Below are positions 28,837 to 38,315 of a DNA stretch of 64,000 nucleotides, piece after piece (the first letter of the stretch is position 1; the number at the start of each line of letters is the position of its first letter). Below the pieces are notes generated by a model. That model did not search any database and had not been told where the DNA came from. It saw only the letters and a program-made list of their open reading frames with translations. The position numbers and the translations under genes are program-made. Source of the DNA: Spirochaetia bacterium (GTDB lineage: Bacteria > Spirochaetota > Spirochaetia > SZUA-6 > Bin103); the NCBI GenBank assembly GCA_965203055.1, contig OZ241863.1, positions 3,104,001 through 3,168,000 of the forward strand, read 5' to 3'.

Positions 28837-30183
28837 ATGGAAAACGGACAGCGAGCAGAAGACGGTATCTGTTCAATCGCCGTGCATGGCTTCAAGTGCC
28901 TTGCAAAGGAGAGCCGCATCGAGATTCGCCCGCTGACGATCCTGGCAGGCGCCAACAGCTCCGGCAAGTCCAGCATCATGCAACCCCTGTTGCTGATGAA
29001 GCAGACGCTTCAGGCCAGCTACGATCCGGGAGCCTTGTTGTTGAACGGACCAAACGTGAGGCTCACGTCCGTCGACCAGCTTGTTTCGCGGCCGGAGCTC
29101 AGCAGCCATGCCTTCACATTCTCGGTCGAGGCTCCAAAGAGCATAACACATAGTATCACGTTCTTTCCTTCCAAGGACCGCGAGATCGAAATTCAGGCGA
29201 TGTACATCGACAGAGACAACGGAGGCGTCCATTCTATTCGCTTGACTCCAGGTCGCAAGGGAGATGACTTACAATTAGATCTGTCACGTCTTCTTCCCGG
29301 TGAATCAGTACCCGAACCACCTGACGGAACCCAACTCGTTATAAACAGATATCGATGTTATCTTGCCTTTACTTTCGAGGTTATTGCTGGTAACGAGTCG
29401 TCATTCTCTATACCAACATTTGGCCTATTTCCGTCCAACTATTTGGAGCGAATGATCCACGTACCGGGACTACGCGGCAATCCTGAGCGCATTTACGAGC
29501 GGACGGCATCGGGACCGTCGTTTCCGGGTACGTTCGAGAAATATGTTGCTACCATCATTGCAGATTGGATAAAGAACGACGATGATCGCTTGACGGAACT
29601 GGAAACCGAGCTCGCACAGCTTGGTATGACCGGAGAAGTTTCGGTACGGCCTGTCACTGATGCGCAACTGGAAATTCAAGTAGGTCGGCTTCCGGGAACG
29701 ACGTCGCGCGGCCAAGACTTGGTGAATATCGCGGACGTGGGCTTCGGAGTCTCGCAGGTGTTACCCGTACTCGTTGCGCTGCTGGTCGCAGAGAGAGCGC
29801 AGCTTGTATACGTCGAACAGCCGGAACTGCACTTGCACCCAAGAGCGCAGTACGCGCTCGCGGGAATCATGGCGGATACGGCGAAGCGCGGCGTCAAGGT
29901 GGTAGCGGAAACCCATAGCGCCCTGCTATTGCTGCAAATTCGAACGTTGCTGGCGAAAGGAAACCTTGACCCCGATCTGGTGAAGCTGCACTGGTTTTTG
30001 CGTGACCCGGAGGATGGAACGACATCGATCCATTCCACCGATCTGGACGAGAACGGCGCCTTCGGAGAGTGGCCGGAGGATTTCGGCGACGTCGACCTGA
30101 AGGCCGAGGGCGCGTACCTCGACGCGGTAGCGGAGCGCGGCAGCCATAATGACAAAGAAGCATCCTCGCAGATTGGTGATTGA
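28837..30183 (+). CDS. ABC-type ATPase (AAA_21 / DUF3696-like)
   Basis: GFKC, GANSSGKSS, DVGFGVSQVLP, EQPELHLHP, ETHS and WPEDF motifs. Confidence 0.88.
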   Translation: MENGQRAEDGICSIAVHGFKCLAKESRIEIRPLTILAGANSSGKSSIMQPLLLMKQTLQASYDPGALLLNGPNVRLTSVDQLVSRPELSSHAFTFSVEAPKSITHSITFFPSKDREIEIQAMYIDRDNGGVHSIRLTPGRKGDDLQLDLSRLLPGESVPEPPDGTQLVINRYRCYLAFTFEVIAGNESSFSIPTFGLFPSNYLERMIHVPGLRGNPERIYERTASGPSFPGTFEKYVATIIADWIKNDDDRLTELETELAQLGMTGEVSVRPVTDAQLEIQVGRLPGTTSRGQDLVNIADVGFGVSQVLPVLVALLVAERAQLVYVEQPELHLHPRAQYALAGIMADTAKRGVKVVAETHSALLLLQIRTLLAKGNLDPDLVKLHWFLRDPEDGTTSIHSTDLDENGAFGEWPEDFGDVDLKAEGAYLDAVAERGSHNDKEASSQIGD

Positions 30184-30676
30184 CGCCGACGTCGCCCGCT
30201 CCGCGGGTACATCGGAGCATCCCGTTTCAAGCGCCTGCCGCCTATTCCTGGAGATAGTGCGGGATGTCGGACATCACGTCGTGATGACGAGGGCGATCAT
30301 GGAAGAATGGAGCACCCATCTATCCAGGTTCTCGAGGAAGTGGCTCACACAGATGCACGGAAAGAAGCAAGTCCATGGCGACGATGCGCCGCGCGCCGAG
30401 AATCTGCGAAGACGTATCGTAGCCGCCGTCCCGGATAACCGTCAGCAGGCCGCCGAGAAGGATGTGCATCTCATCGAGGCGGCGCTCGGGACGGATCGTT
30501 TGGTAGCTTCTCAGGACGAGAGGGCGCGCGGAATATTTCGAGAGGCGTCCCGCGGCGTCCGGGAACTGAAGCCGATCGTCTGGGTAAATCCGACGCTGCC
30601 GGCTGACGATCCGATCGGTTGGCTTCGGAATGGCGCGCAATCCGAAGCGTGCCGGCGGTTGGGGTCAGGCGCGTGA
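30149..30676 (+). CDS. PIN-like hypothetical protein
   Basis: LVIDADV...EEW...KDVHLIEAA...SQD...WVNP spacing of acidic residues resembles a PIN fold; overlaps the ATPase stop. Confidence 0.6.
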   Translation: MTKKHPRRLVIDADVARSAGTSEHPVSSACRLFLEIVRDVGHHVVMTRAIMEEWSTHLSRFSRKWLTQMHGKKQVHGDDAPRAENLRRRIVAAVPDNRQQAAEKDVHLIEAALGTDRLVASQDERARGIFREASRGVRELKPIVWVNPTLPADDPIGWLRNGAQSEACRRLGSGA

Positions 30677-32557
30677 TGGGCGGGCTGCCGCAGTGGTGGT
30701 CCGGGTACGGGCGGTGGGCCGTGCGGCGCGCGGATTGGCGATCCGCTGCAGTTCCCGGAGGACCTTCCGCACGTCGTCGGGCACGGCGGCCATGGCGTCG
30801 ATGATCTCGGCATCCACGATCCGCAAGGGAAGCCCCTGCTCCTGCAGCCAAGCGCGCAGCCGCCGGAACACCTCCTTCGCGTCGCACCAGCGAGTCGGCT
30901 CCTCCCACGCCTGAAGCAGGAAGGCGTCCGCCCGCTCTATGGCCGTGGTCAGCGCCAAGCTGCGGTCGTCATTCTGAATGCGCGTGGCAACCGCCTGCCG
31001 GACGGGTTCCCGCTGCCCGTCCACAAGGGAACGCAACGCATCGACGAAGGCGTCCTGGTGCTGGCGCCACCGCTGTTCCTCGCCTTTCGCGGCGGCTTGC
31101 CGATGCAGGGCGCCGGTGAGCGCTTCGACATCGAGCAGATAGTTCTCGATCTCGTTGGCTTCCCACAACCGCACGATGAGTTCAAGCCCATACTCCTTGG
31201 CTTGCGCCCGCCTGGTGAGCTCAAGCCGATCCCTGCGCCACGCCGCGTCGGTGCGATAGTCGCGGTCGCCGATCACCACCATGCGCACCGGCTGACCTGC
31301 GACGCCGGTACTGCGGAGCAGATCGTTCACCTGCCGCGCCAAGTCCAGCACGCGCGCCTCCACCGGTCCCTGGTACGTGTACAGGAAGGTCAGGGCGCGC
31401 CAGACCGCCCGCTGCTTCTTCTCGCCCCACTGCCGGCGCGCAAACGCTTCGAGCAGCTTGCGATCGCTCCGGTTCTCGACGAAGACAAGCGCGCGGTTGG
31501 TCAGCAGCGGGACGATTTCCATGCGGTCCATGGCGCCCAGGTCTTCGAGCAGTCGGAGCTGCCACGGTCCAAGATCGAGCGGGATCACCTTCCCATCCCG
31601 GCAGACCCTGACCGATCCCTCGGGAGCCGCGCTCAGAAGCTGTGGGGAGTGGGTGGCCAGGATGAACTGGGCCTGCTCGTCGCGGGATAGCCGTACCATG
31701 ATGCCCATGAGCTGCTCCTGCAGCCGGGCGTGGAGATGGGCGTCGGGTTCGTCCAGCAGCAGCACCCGCGCTCCGGGAGTGAGTACCGACACCAGAATCT
31801 GCAGCGCCTGATGAAACCCCGATCCGGTGACCACCACGTCCAGTTCCCGGGTGAGCGCCCGGTCGCGATAGGCGGCGTTGATGAACCGGTCGACGTCCAC
31901 GTCGAAGGCGATGCGCAGGACGCTCTCCGGGAACAGGTCGCCGAGCAGCTCGAGCAGCGTCTTCCAGCGCGCTTCGTGGCGCTCCCTCAGCTCCCAGAGC
32001 AGATTGCGCACCATCTCGCCGGGGCGTTGCAGCCGCATCCGTTCCCGGCGCGCCGGGAGCGTCAGGTACTCCTCGCGCGGCAGGAACCCGGAAAATACCG
32101 GTATCAGGCGGATGTCCCGCTGATGGACGGCTGCCGCTACGTCGCCGCTTGACTGCGGGGTTATGCGGAACCGGTTGTAGCTGAGCTTCAACGTGAAGGC
32201 GATCTCGGCGCCGTTGTCGTACTCCGCGCGGAGCTCGATGGACTGCCTGCCGGGGCTGACCCGTCCGTTCGGCCACAGGTCGGTCGGTTCCGCAACCGGG
32301 AGGACGCCGAACTCATCGGGGCTCACCGACCGCTGCCCCAGATCGATTCGGCCGTTGCGCTCGTTGCCGCGGCCGTTGCCGTTGGCCCGGCGCGTCGTCT
32401 CGACGCAGTACTGGAACAGCGTCAGCGCCTGCAGGATGGTCGACTTGCCGCTGTTGTTGGCGCCCACGAGCACGGTCACCGGATCGAGGTCGATCGCCGT
32501 CTCCCGCTCGAACCGCTTGAATCCCTTGATCGTGAAGCGGCGGATCACCGCCGGCAT
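30665..32557 (-). CDS. ABC ATPase fused to a TOPRIM-like nuclease domain (OLD / PARIS-fused-like)
   Basis: GFKRF, GANNSGKST, GSGFHQ, LLDEPDAHLH and ATHS, then FVENRSD, GDRDY and EIENYLL. Confidence 0.8.
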   Translation of the reverse strand: MPAVIRRFTIKGFKRFERETAIDLDPVTVLVGANNSGKSTILQALTLFQYCVETTRRANGNGRGNERNGRIDLGQRSVSPDEFGVLPVAEPTDLWPNGRVSPGRQSIELRAEYDNGAEIAFTLKLSYNRFRITPQSSGDVAAAVHQRDIRLIPVFSGFLPREEYLTLPARRERMRLQRPGEMVRNLLWELRERHEARWKTLLELLGDLFPESVLRIAFDVDVDRFINAAYRDRALTRELDVVVTGSGFHQALQILVSVLTPGARVLLLDEPDAHLHARLQEQLMGIMVRLSRDEQAQFILATHSPQLLSAAPEGSVRVCRDGKVIPLDLGPWQLRLLEDLGAMDRMEIVPLLTNRALVFVENRSDRKLLEAFARRQWGEKKQRAVWRALTFLYTYQGPVEARVLDLARQVNDLLRSTGVAGQPVRMVVIGDRDYRTDAAWRRDRLELTRRAQAKEYGLELIVRLWEANEIENYLLDVEALTGALHRQAAAKGEEQRWRQHQDAFVDALRSLVDGQREPVRQAVATRIQNDDRSLALTTAIERADAFLLQAWEEPTRWCDAKEVFRRLRAWLQEQGLPLRIVDAEIIDAMAAVPDDVRKVLRELQRIANPRAARPTARTRTTTAAARPSRA

Positions 32558-32728
32558 CCCCCGTCCATCGCTGCATGGTAGTCCATAATGGCAATAGAGA
32601 CCAACACTTGCAGGCCGATGTGAGGAGCGCCGGCGTGGCGGGTGCGCGCTCCCGCGGCCGGCCCCGGCCGCCGGTCCGTTCGCGGTGGGGAGAACCGGGG
32701 GCGGCGGTTCCGGTATACTGCGGGCCAT

Positions 32729-33760
32729 ATGCCCCTTCCTTCATCCGACGAGCGTGCCCTGCAGGCGCAGCTCGCGCAGTACCGTACTCCTGACCGGGCC
32801 AAGGGCCTGGGACAGATCGCCAACTCTCTCCTTCCCTACATCGCCGGCATCATCGCCATGGGCGCCCTGTCTCAGGTCTCCTACTGGCTGGCGCTGCTCC
32901 TCGCTGTTCCCACTGCGGGCTTCATGGTCCGGGTGTTCATCCTGTTCCACGACGCCGGCCACGGCTCGCTGTTTCGGGATGCGCGCTGGAATCGCTTCAT
33001 CGGTTACCTGACCGGGATCATCGTCTTCACGCCGTTCCGGCACTGGACCCACGAACATGCCCGGCATCACGCCACTTCCGGCGACCTGGACCGGCGCGAC
33101 CTCGGCGACGTGTGGACCATGACGGTGGATGAGTTCATGGCGGCGTCGTTTCCGCTCCGGCTGGTGTACCGGTTGTTCCGCAATCCGTTGGTGCTGTTCT
33201 TCCTGATCTCACCCTTCGGGCACCTCGTCTACAACCGGTTGCCGGTGCCCGGCATCGACAGACGCGCGTTGTGGGCGATCATCTGGACCAACCTCGGCGT
33301 GGTGCTGTTCGTGGTGTTGATGTCGCTCCCGTTCGGCTTCGTGAACTTCGTGTTGACGTTTCTCCCCGTGATGATCGTGGCGTCGGCGGTCGGGACGTGG
33401 CTGTTCTACGTCCAGCACCAGTTCGAAGGGGTATACTGGTCCCGCGCCGGAACCTGGAATTACTCCTGCGCGGCGCTGCGCGGCTCCTCCTATCTGCGGC
33501 TGCCGAAGATTCTGCAATTCTTCACCGGCAGCATAGGCTACCATCACATCCACCACTTGGCCCCGCGCATCCCCAACTACAACCTGGAGCGCGCGCAACG
33601 GGAAGTGCCGGCGCTGCAGGCGGTGCCCGCGCTCCGCTTCCGCGACGTGATTCATTCGCTGACGTTGCGGCTGTACGACGAGGCCGGCGATCAGATGGTC
33701 AGCTTCCGCGAAGGGTTGCGGCGGGCGCGGCTGGCGGCCGCCGCCGGCGCCGCTGTCTAG
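32729..33760 (+). CDS. Acyl-lipid desaturase (Bacillus Des-like)
   Basis: FHDAGH, HARHH, WLFYVQHQFE and YHHIHH motifs. Confidence 0.92.
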   Translation: MPLPSSDERALQAQLAQYRTPDRAKGLGQIANSLLPYIAGIIAMGALSQVSYWLALLLAVPTAGFMVRVFILFHDAGHGSLFRDARWNRFIGYLTGIIVFTPFRHWTHEHARHHATSGDLDRRDLGDVWTMTVDEFMAASFPLRLVYRLFRNPLVLFFLISPFGHLVYNRLPVPGIDRRALWAIIWTNLGVVLFVVLMSLPFGFVNFVLTFLPVMIVASAVGTWLFYVQHQFEGVYWSRAGTWNYSCAALRGSSYLRLPKILQFFTGSIGYHHIHHLAPRIPNYNLERAQREVPALQAVPALRFRDVIHSLTLRLYDEAGDQMVSFREGLRRARLAAAAGAAV

Positions 33761-33854
33761 CCCGCCCGCACGTAATTGCCGACGCGCTACGGCTCGGCTG
33801 CGCGGCGTTCGCGGGCGCCGGAACCCACGTGGCGCGGCAGTGCGGCCGGGCGCA

Positions 33855-36179
33855 TCAGGCGCCGGCCCAGTCGCGCCAGACGCGCCGCACGGCGCTGACC
33901 GCCGCGGCGCCGGGCGCCCGCTTCTTGTAGGCGCTCAGAATCACCCGCCGCTGCTGGCGCTCCAACGTCCGGCCGGCAGGTGAGTGGCACAGCAGGTACA
34001 GGAAGATGAGCGCCGCGGTCGGCGAGTCGAGGCCGCCGTCGAGCAGCTCCTCGAGGGCTTCGATGACGACGGAGGGAAGGCGGCGCCTCAGCAGGTGATT
34101 GAGCGTCGGCGCGGGCGGCAGCGGACTCGCGTTCAGCGCCGCGACGAATTCCTCCGGTGAGATAGGGGGCAGCGGCGGCATGCGGTCCGCCATCGAGGCC
34201 GGCGGCAGACGACGATGTAAGTATTTGAGGCTTGAGCGTGCAGTGTCGGCATCTCCGACGCGCGTCCGGGCCGGCGCGCTGCGTGGCGCGCTGGGCGGCG
34301 TGGGAGGTGCACTCGGTTGGTGGACCCAGTCGTCGATGGGAAGATCGTCGTACTCTACCCGTTCCTCGAAGGTGGGGACGGGACGAGCGTACGCTACGCG
34401 GGCGTCGGCGGATTCGTGCACGGTTCCGGTGCCGTGCCAACCGGCGGCCAGTACCTGCGGGACCTTGGCCAGCTCCGGCAGATCGGGCGCCTTGTCAGCC
34501 TCCGCCCGCACGTGGACGACCAGATAATCGGTCCATTCGGAGACGAGCTGATAGCGAACCGCCAGCTCGGTCGCGGCCGCGGCATCGGCGAGCGCCGGCA
34601 ACCGCAGAGCGGCGCCGATGCGCGCCAGGTCGGAGCGCGCTACGGCCGTACCGGCCCCCGCCGCGGTGTCGGCCGGCGCCGGAGCGATCTCCATTCGCTG
34701 CCTGAACGTGCGCCCGTCGGCCAACTCCAGCTCCAGGACTACTGCGCCCTGCGGGCGCGCCGTGAACGTTCCGAACAGGTGCATGGTGTCGCCGGGGTAG
34801 GGCGGCGGCAGCGGGTCGGGAACCACCTGCCGGACGCCGGCCGGCCAGACCACCCGCGCGGCGCGCGCCAGAGGGGTGAGGATGCGCTGGAAATGGCGGT
34901 AGATGCGGTCCGCCATGTCTTCGCGCGGCGCCACCAGTTCGCATGCGCCGCCGGTCGCTTCGGCGAGGGCGCGGACGAACGGTTCGGCCACCGAGCTGCC
35001 GACGCCGACGGTGAAGATGCGGTGACCCGAAGCGCGCGCCTCCGCCACCACGCGGCCGGTGTCCCACACCTCGCCGTCGGTGATCAACAGCAGATCGCGG
35101 ACCATGCCGGCCTCGCCGGGCAGGCGGTAGGCGGCCCGCAGCGCGGCCCGGATCTCGGTGCCGCCCAGGTCGGCGTCCAGGCCGCGCACGAAGCGGCGCG
35201 CGTGCGCCAGGTTGGCGGCGGACGCCGGCATTTCGCGGCCGAACAGGATGCGCTGGCTGCTGCCGAACGCGACGATGTCGAACAGGTCTCCGGGACGCAG
35301 GCTGTCGAGGATCCGCTCCCCGGCGACCCGCACCTGCGCGATCGAGTCGCCGCTCATCGACCCGGAGCAGTCCACGACGATCTTGAGGCTGCGGGCCGCG
35401 GCGCTTTCCTCGCCGGTCAGCGCCGGGCGGAAGCTCGCCAGCACCACCCAATCCGCCGCGTCCCGGGCCAGCAACGCGCGCGGCTCAGCCGCGGCGGCGC
35501 CGCGCGCTTCCAGCACGACGTCGCGGTCCATCGCCGCGGGCCGCGCGATTTCGATCACCGTCTGGTGAGCGTCGGGCGTGACCGCAATGGCATGCGAAGG
35601 CGAGGCCCAGCGCGCCCCCTGCAGGACGCCGCGCACCGCGACCTGCAGCCGGAAGCACCGTTCGGCGTCGAAGGCGAACTCCGGCGTCTGGTGCGGATCG
35701 AGGCCGCCGGCGGCCGGGGCGCCGTAGCGCGGGGCGATGGTGGTGGGCATCATGAGCCGCACCAGGTCGCCGTTCCAGCGCAGCAGCAGCCCGTAGCGGA
35801 AGCGGACGGTCGCCGTCTCGCCCGGACCGAGGTTGCCGACGTTGGCGGTATACAGTCCCGGCTGCGGCTGTTCCAGGCGCACCGCCGCGTCGCCGTCGGT
35901 AATCGCGTCCTCGTACCGTTCTTCAGCCTCGCGCTTGGCGATGACCGTGCCGGTCAGCGTCCGATCCTGCAGCTCGAACGCGAAGTTCAGCAGCACGGCA
36001 TCCAACGGCAGCGGAAAGGTGTAGACCGCCTCGACGTGCCTGGCGCCGGGATTGCGGTACCGCTGGCATACGCTGACCACGGTCATCAGGTCGTCGACCG
36101 CGGCGTCGACGCCGACCTCCTCCAACACCACCTGACCTCCGGCGGTCTCCATCGTTGCGGCAAAGTACGTTCTCGTCAT
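33855..36179 (-). CDS. VIT + vWA domain protein
   Basis: EAVYTFPLP...EAEERYEDA...VGNL (VIT domain); DCSGSM MIDAS, GGTEI and LITDGE (vWA domain). Confidence 0.92.
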   Translation of the reverse strand: MTRTYFAATMETAGGQVVLEEVGVDAAVDDLMTVVSVCQRYRNPGARHVEAVYTFPLPLDAVLLNFAFELQDRTLTGTVIAKREAEERYEDAITDGDAAVRLEQPQPGLYTANVGNLGPGETATVRFRYGLLLRWNGDLVRLMMPTTIAPRYGAPAAGGLDPHQTPEFAFDAERCFRLQVAVRGVLQGARWASPSHAIAVTPDAHQTVIEIARPAAMDRDVVLEARGAAAAEPRALLARDAADWVVLASFRPALTGEESAAARSLKIVVDCSGSMSGDSIAQVRVAGERILDSLRPGDLFDIVAFGSSQRILFGREMPASAANLAHARRFVRGLDADLGGTEIRAALRAAYRLPGEAGMVRDLLLITDGEVWDTGRVVAEARASGHRIFTVGVGSSVAEPFVRALAEATGGACELVAPREDMADRIYRHFQRILTPLARAARVVWPAGVRQVVPDPLPPPYPGDTMHLFGTFTARPQGAVVLELELADGRTFRQRMEIAPAPADTAAGAGTAVARSDLARIGAALRLPALADAAAATELAVRYQLVSEWTDYLVVHVRAEADKAPDLPELAKVPQVLAAGWHGTGTVHESADARVAYARPVPTFEERVEYDDLPIDDWVHQPSAPPTPPSAPRSAPARTRVGDADTARSSLKYLHRRLPPASMADRMPPLPPISPEEFVAALNASPLPPAPTLNHLLRRRLPSVVIEALEELLDGGLDSPTAALIFLYLLCHSPAGRTLERQQRRVILSAYKKRAPGAAAVSAVRRVWRDWAGA

Positions 36180-36188
36180 CGTTCCTCT

Positions 36189-36611
36189 TCAATCCTCCTC
36201 CTTGCGTAGTTCGTCGATGAGCGCGGCTGCTCGACGAGCGAGCGCGCGCACCACGGCGGCGCTGAGGCCGGCCTCCTGCGGATCGATCACCAGCTCCACC
36301 CCCGGCACGAGCGTGACGTGGGTACGCAACGTCACGTCGCCGCGGCGCGGGCGGCGCGGCGGGGGCAGCGGTGAGCGCGCGTCCCCTTCCGCAACCAGCT
36401 CGCGGATGCGCTCCAGGTTCAATCCGGCGCGCTGCCACGTGCGAATCGCCATAAGCTGTTCGACGTGGCGTCTGGTGTAGTAGGCGCCCCGCTTGGCGCC
36501 AACCGGCCGGTCGACGAGTCCTTCCTGGATGTAGTAGCGGACGGTACGCCGGGGCAGGTTCACCAGGGCGCACAGTTCGTCTATCGCCAGCCGGTCGCCG
36601 TCGTTCGACAT
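36189..36611 (-). CDS. MerR-family HTH regulator
   Basis: IDELCALVNLPRRTVRYYIQEGLV...Y and GLNLERIRE motifs. Confidence 0.88.
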   Translation of the reverse strand: MSNDGDRLAIDELCALVNLPRRTVRYYIQEGLVDRPVGAKRGAYYTRRHVEQLMAIRTWQRAGLNLERIRELVAEGDARSPLPPPRRPRRGDVTLRTHVTLVPGVELVIDPQEAGLSAAVVRALARRAAALIDELRKEED

Positions 36612-36729
36612 CTCGCCGGTAGTATACGACACTAATACTGACAAAAACAAGTGTCTAAAAATAATTTCGAGTCACCCCGCGCGGAGCGGGTTCCCGGCCC
36701 CCGACGAGACCGGTTGGAACCGGCCCGGC

Positions 36730-36800
36730 GCACGGAGCGGGCGGTGCGGTACAGGTTGAGGCCCTTGGACGCGGCGTCGGTCGCCACCGGCACGCGCCGC
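36730..36800 (-). pseudogene. Short relic of a SNF2-type helicase C-terminal domain
   Basis: An unlisted minus frame reads RVPVATDAASKGLNLYRTAR, close to the vaTDaasEGlNLq helicase motif V; no full ORF. Confidence 0.5.
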
Positions 36801-36930
36801 CGCTTCAAGCGGGTGCGCGTGCCCCTCGCGGCGGGCGCGCGGCGAGCGGCGCCCCGGCCCCACGGCGCGGCGCCGGCGGGTTGGTACTTGCGGAGGTATT
36901 GGCTAGCGGGCGGTGGAGCGGTGCGGGGCG

Positions 36931-37863
36931 CTACTCGGCCGGCGGGCAGATGGCGGCGATGGCGGCGAGCTGCTCAGGCCCCAGCTCGCCATCGGCCGCG
37001 GCCGCGTTGGCGCGCGCTTGCTCCGGGTTCTTCATTCCCGGAATGGGGCAGGTCACGGCCGGATGGGCCAGCGTGAACTGCAAGGCCAGCTCCACCATGC
37101 TCTGGCCCGGGCGCAGGACCCGTCGCAGCCGGGACACCACGCCGAGCTTGGCCAGGACCGTCTCGCGCTGCCCCCCGCCCGGATTCCACGAGGCGCGCAC
37201 CTGATCGGTGAAGCGCGTGGTCTCGTCGAACTTGTCGGCCAGCAGCCCCTGCGCGATCGGCCCGCGCAGCAGCACCCCGACGTCGTGGTCGCGGCAATAG
37301 GGCAGAATGTCCCGCTCCGCGCTGCGATTGAGAATCGAGTAGTTGATCTGACACGCCGCGCACTGCCCGTTCACGTCGAGGGCGCGAAGCGCCGCCACGT
37401 CGTTGGTGGAGATCGCGTAGTGGCGAATCTTCCCCTGCCGCTTGAGCAGTTCGAACGCCTCCACGAAGATCTCGGGACGTTCGGGGGAGCCGACGTGACA
37501 CTGGTACAGGTCGATCGTATCGATCCCCAGCCGGTACAGGCTGGCGTGGCAGCAACCGATGACGCTGTAGATGCTCTTCAGGCCCGGCGGGTCGTCCTGC
37601 CGGCGCGCCCAGTTGCCCACCTTGGTGGCGACGTACGCGGCGCCGCGCCGGCCGGCCAGGGCCTTGCCGAGCAGGGTCTCGCTCTGACCCAGCCCGTATG
37701 AGTCGGCGGTGTCGAACAGGTTGACGCCCGCGTCCAGGGCGGCGTGCACCGCGGCGATCGCCTGCCGCTCGCTGACCTCCCCCCACTGGCCGCCGATGGC
37801 CCAGCAGCCCATCGATACGGCACTCACGTCCCATCCCGTCTTCCCCAATCGCCGTCGTGTCAT
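36931..37863 (-). CDS. Aldo/keto reductase
   Basis: FDTADSYG, ATKVG, IDLYQCH and PIPGMKNPEQ motifs. Confidence 0.93.
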   Translation of the reverse strand: MTRRRLGKTGWDVSAVSMGCWAIGGQWGEVSERQAIAAVHAALDAGVNLFDTADSYGLGQSETLLGKALAGRRGAAYVATKVGNWARRQDDPPGLKSIYSVIGCCHASLYRLGIDTIDLYQCHVGSPERPEIFVEAFELLKRQGKIRHYAISTNDVAALRALDVNGQCAACQINYSILNRSAERDILPYCRDHDVGVLLRGPIAQGLLADKFDETTRFTDQVRASWNPGGGQRETVLAKLGVVSRLRRVLRPGQSMVELALQFTLAHPAVTCPIPGMKNPEQARANAAAADGELGPEQLAAIAAICPPAE

Positions 37864-37943
37864 CGGCTCCCATCATAACAGATCGGCCGACCCGCGGCGC
37901 GGGAGGCGCCGGATTGCTATACTGAACGGCGGTGGGACCCGCC

Positions 37944-38315
37944 ATGAGAGTCGATCCGGCAGCCACGGTTGCCTTTCTGCGGCGGCGCGAGGCGGCGCGG
38001 CAGCGCGAGCTGGACGCGCGCTTCGCCGCGGCGTGGGCGGACTTCGAGCGCATCGCGGCGATGATCGTGCGCGAGTTCGATCCGTTGCGCATCTGGCAGT
38101 GGGGTTCGCTGCTGCACCGGCGCCACTTCTCGACTCGCTCCGACATCGACATCGCCGTGGAGGGATTGGGCAGGGCCGAGCGGCTGTTCCAGCTCTATGC
38201 GCGCGCCGAGGAGCTGACGGCGTTCCCGCTCCACGTCGTGGAGATGGAGCGCATCGAGGCGGAATACGCGCGCCTGATCCGCAGCACGGGCCGGTTGGTC
38301 CATGGCGTCCGCTGA
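37944..38315 (+). CDS. Minimal nucleotidyltransferase (MNT) antitoxin
   Basis: WGSLL...SDIDIAVEG (GS-x10-DxD motif). Confidence 0.88.
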   Translation: MRVDPAATVAFLRRREAARQRELDARFAAAWADFERIAAMIVREFDPLRIWQWGSLLHRRHFSTRSDIDIAVEGLGRAERLFQLYARAEELTAFPLHVVEMERIEAEYARLIRSTGRLVHGVR

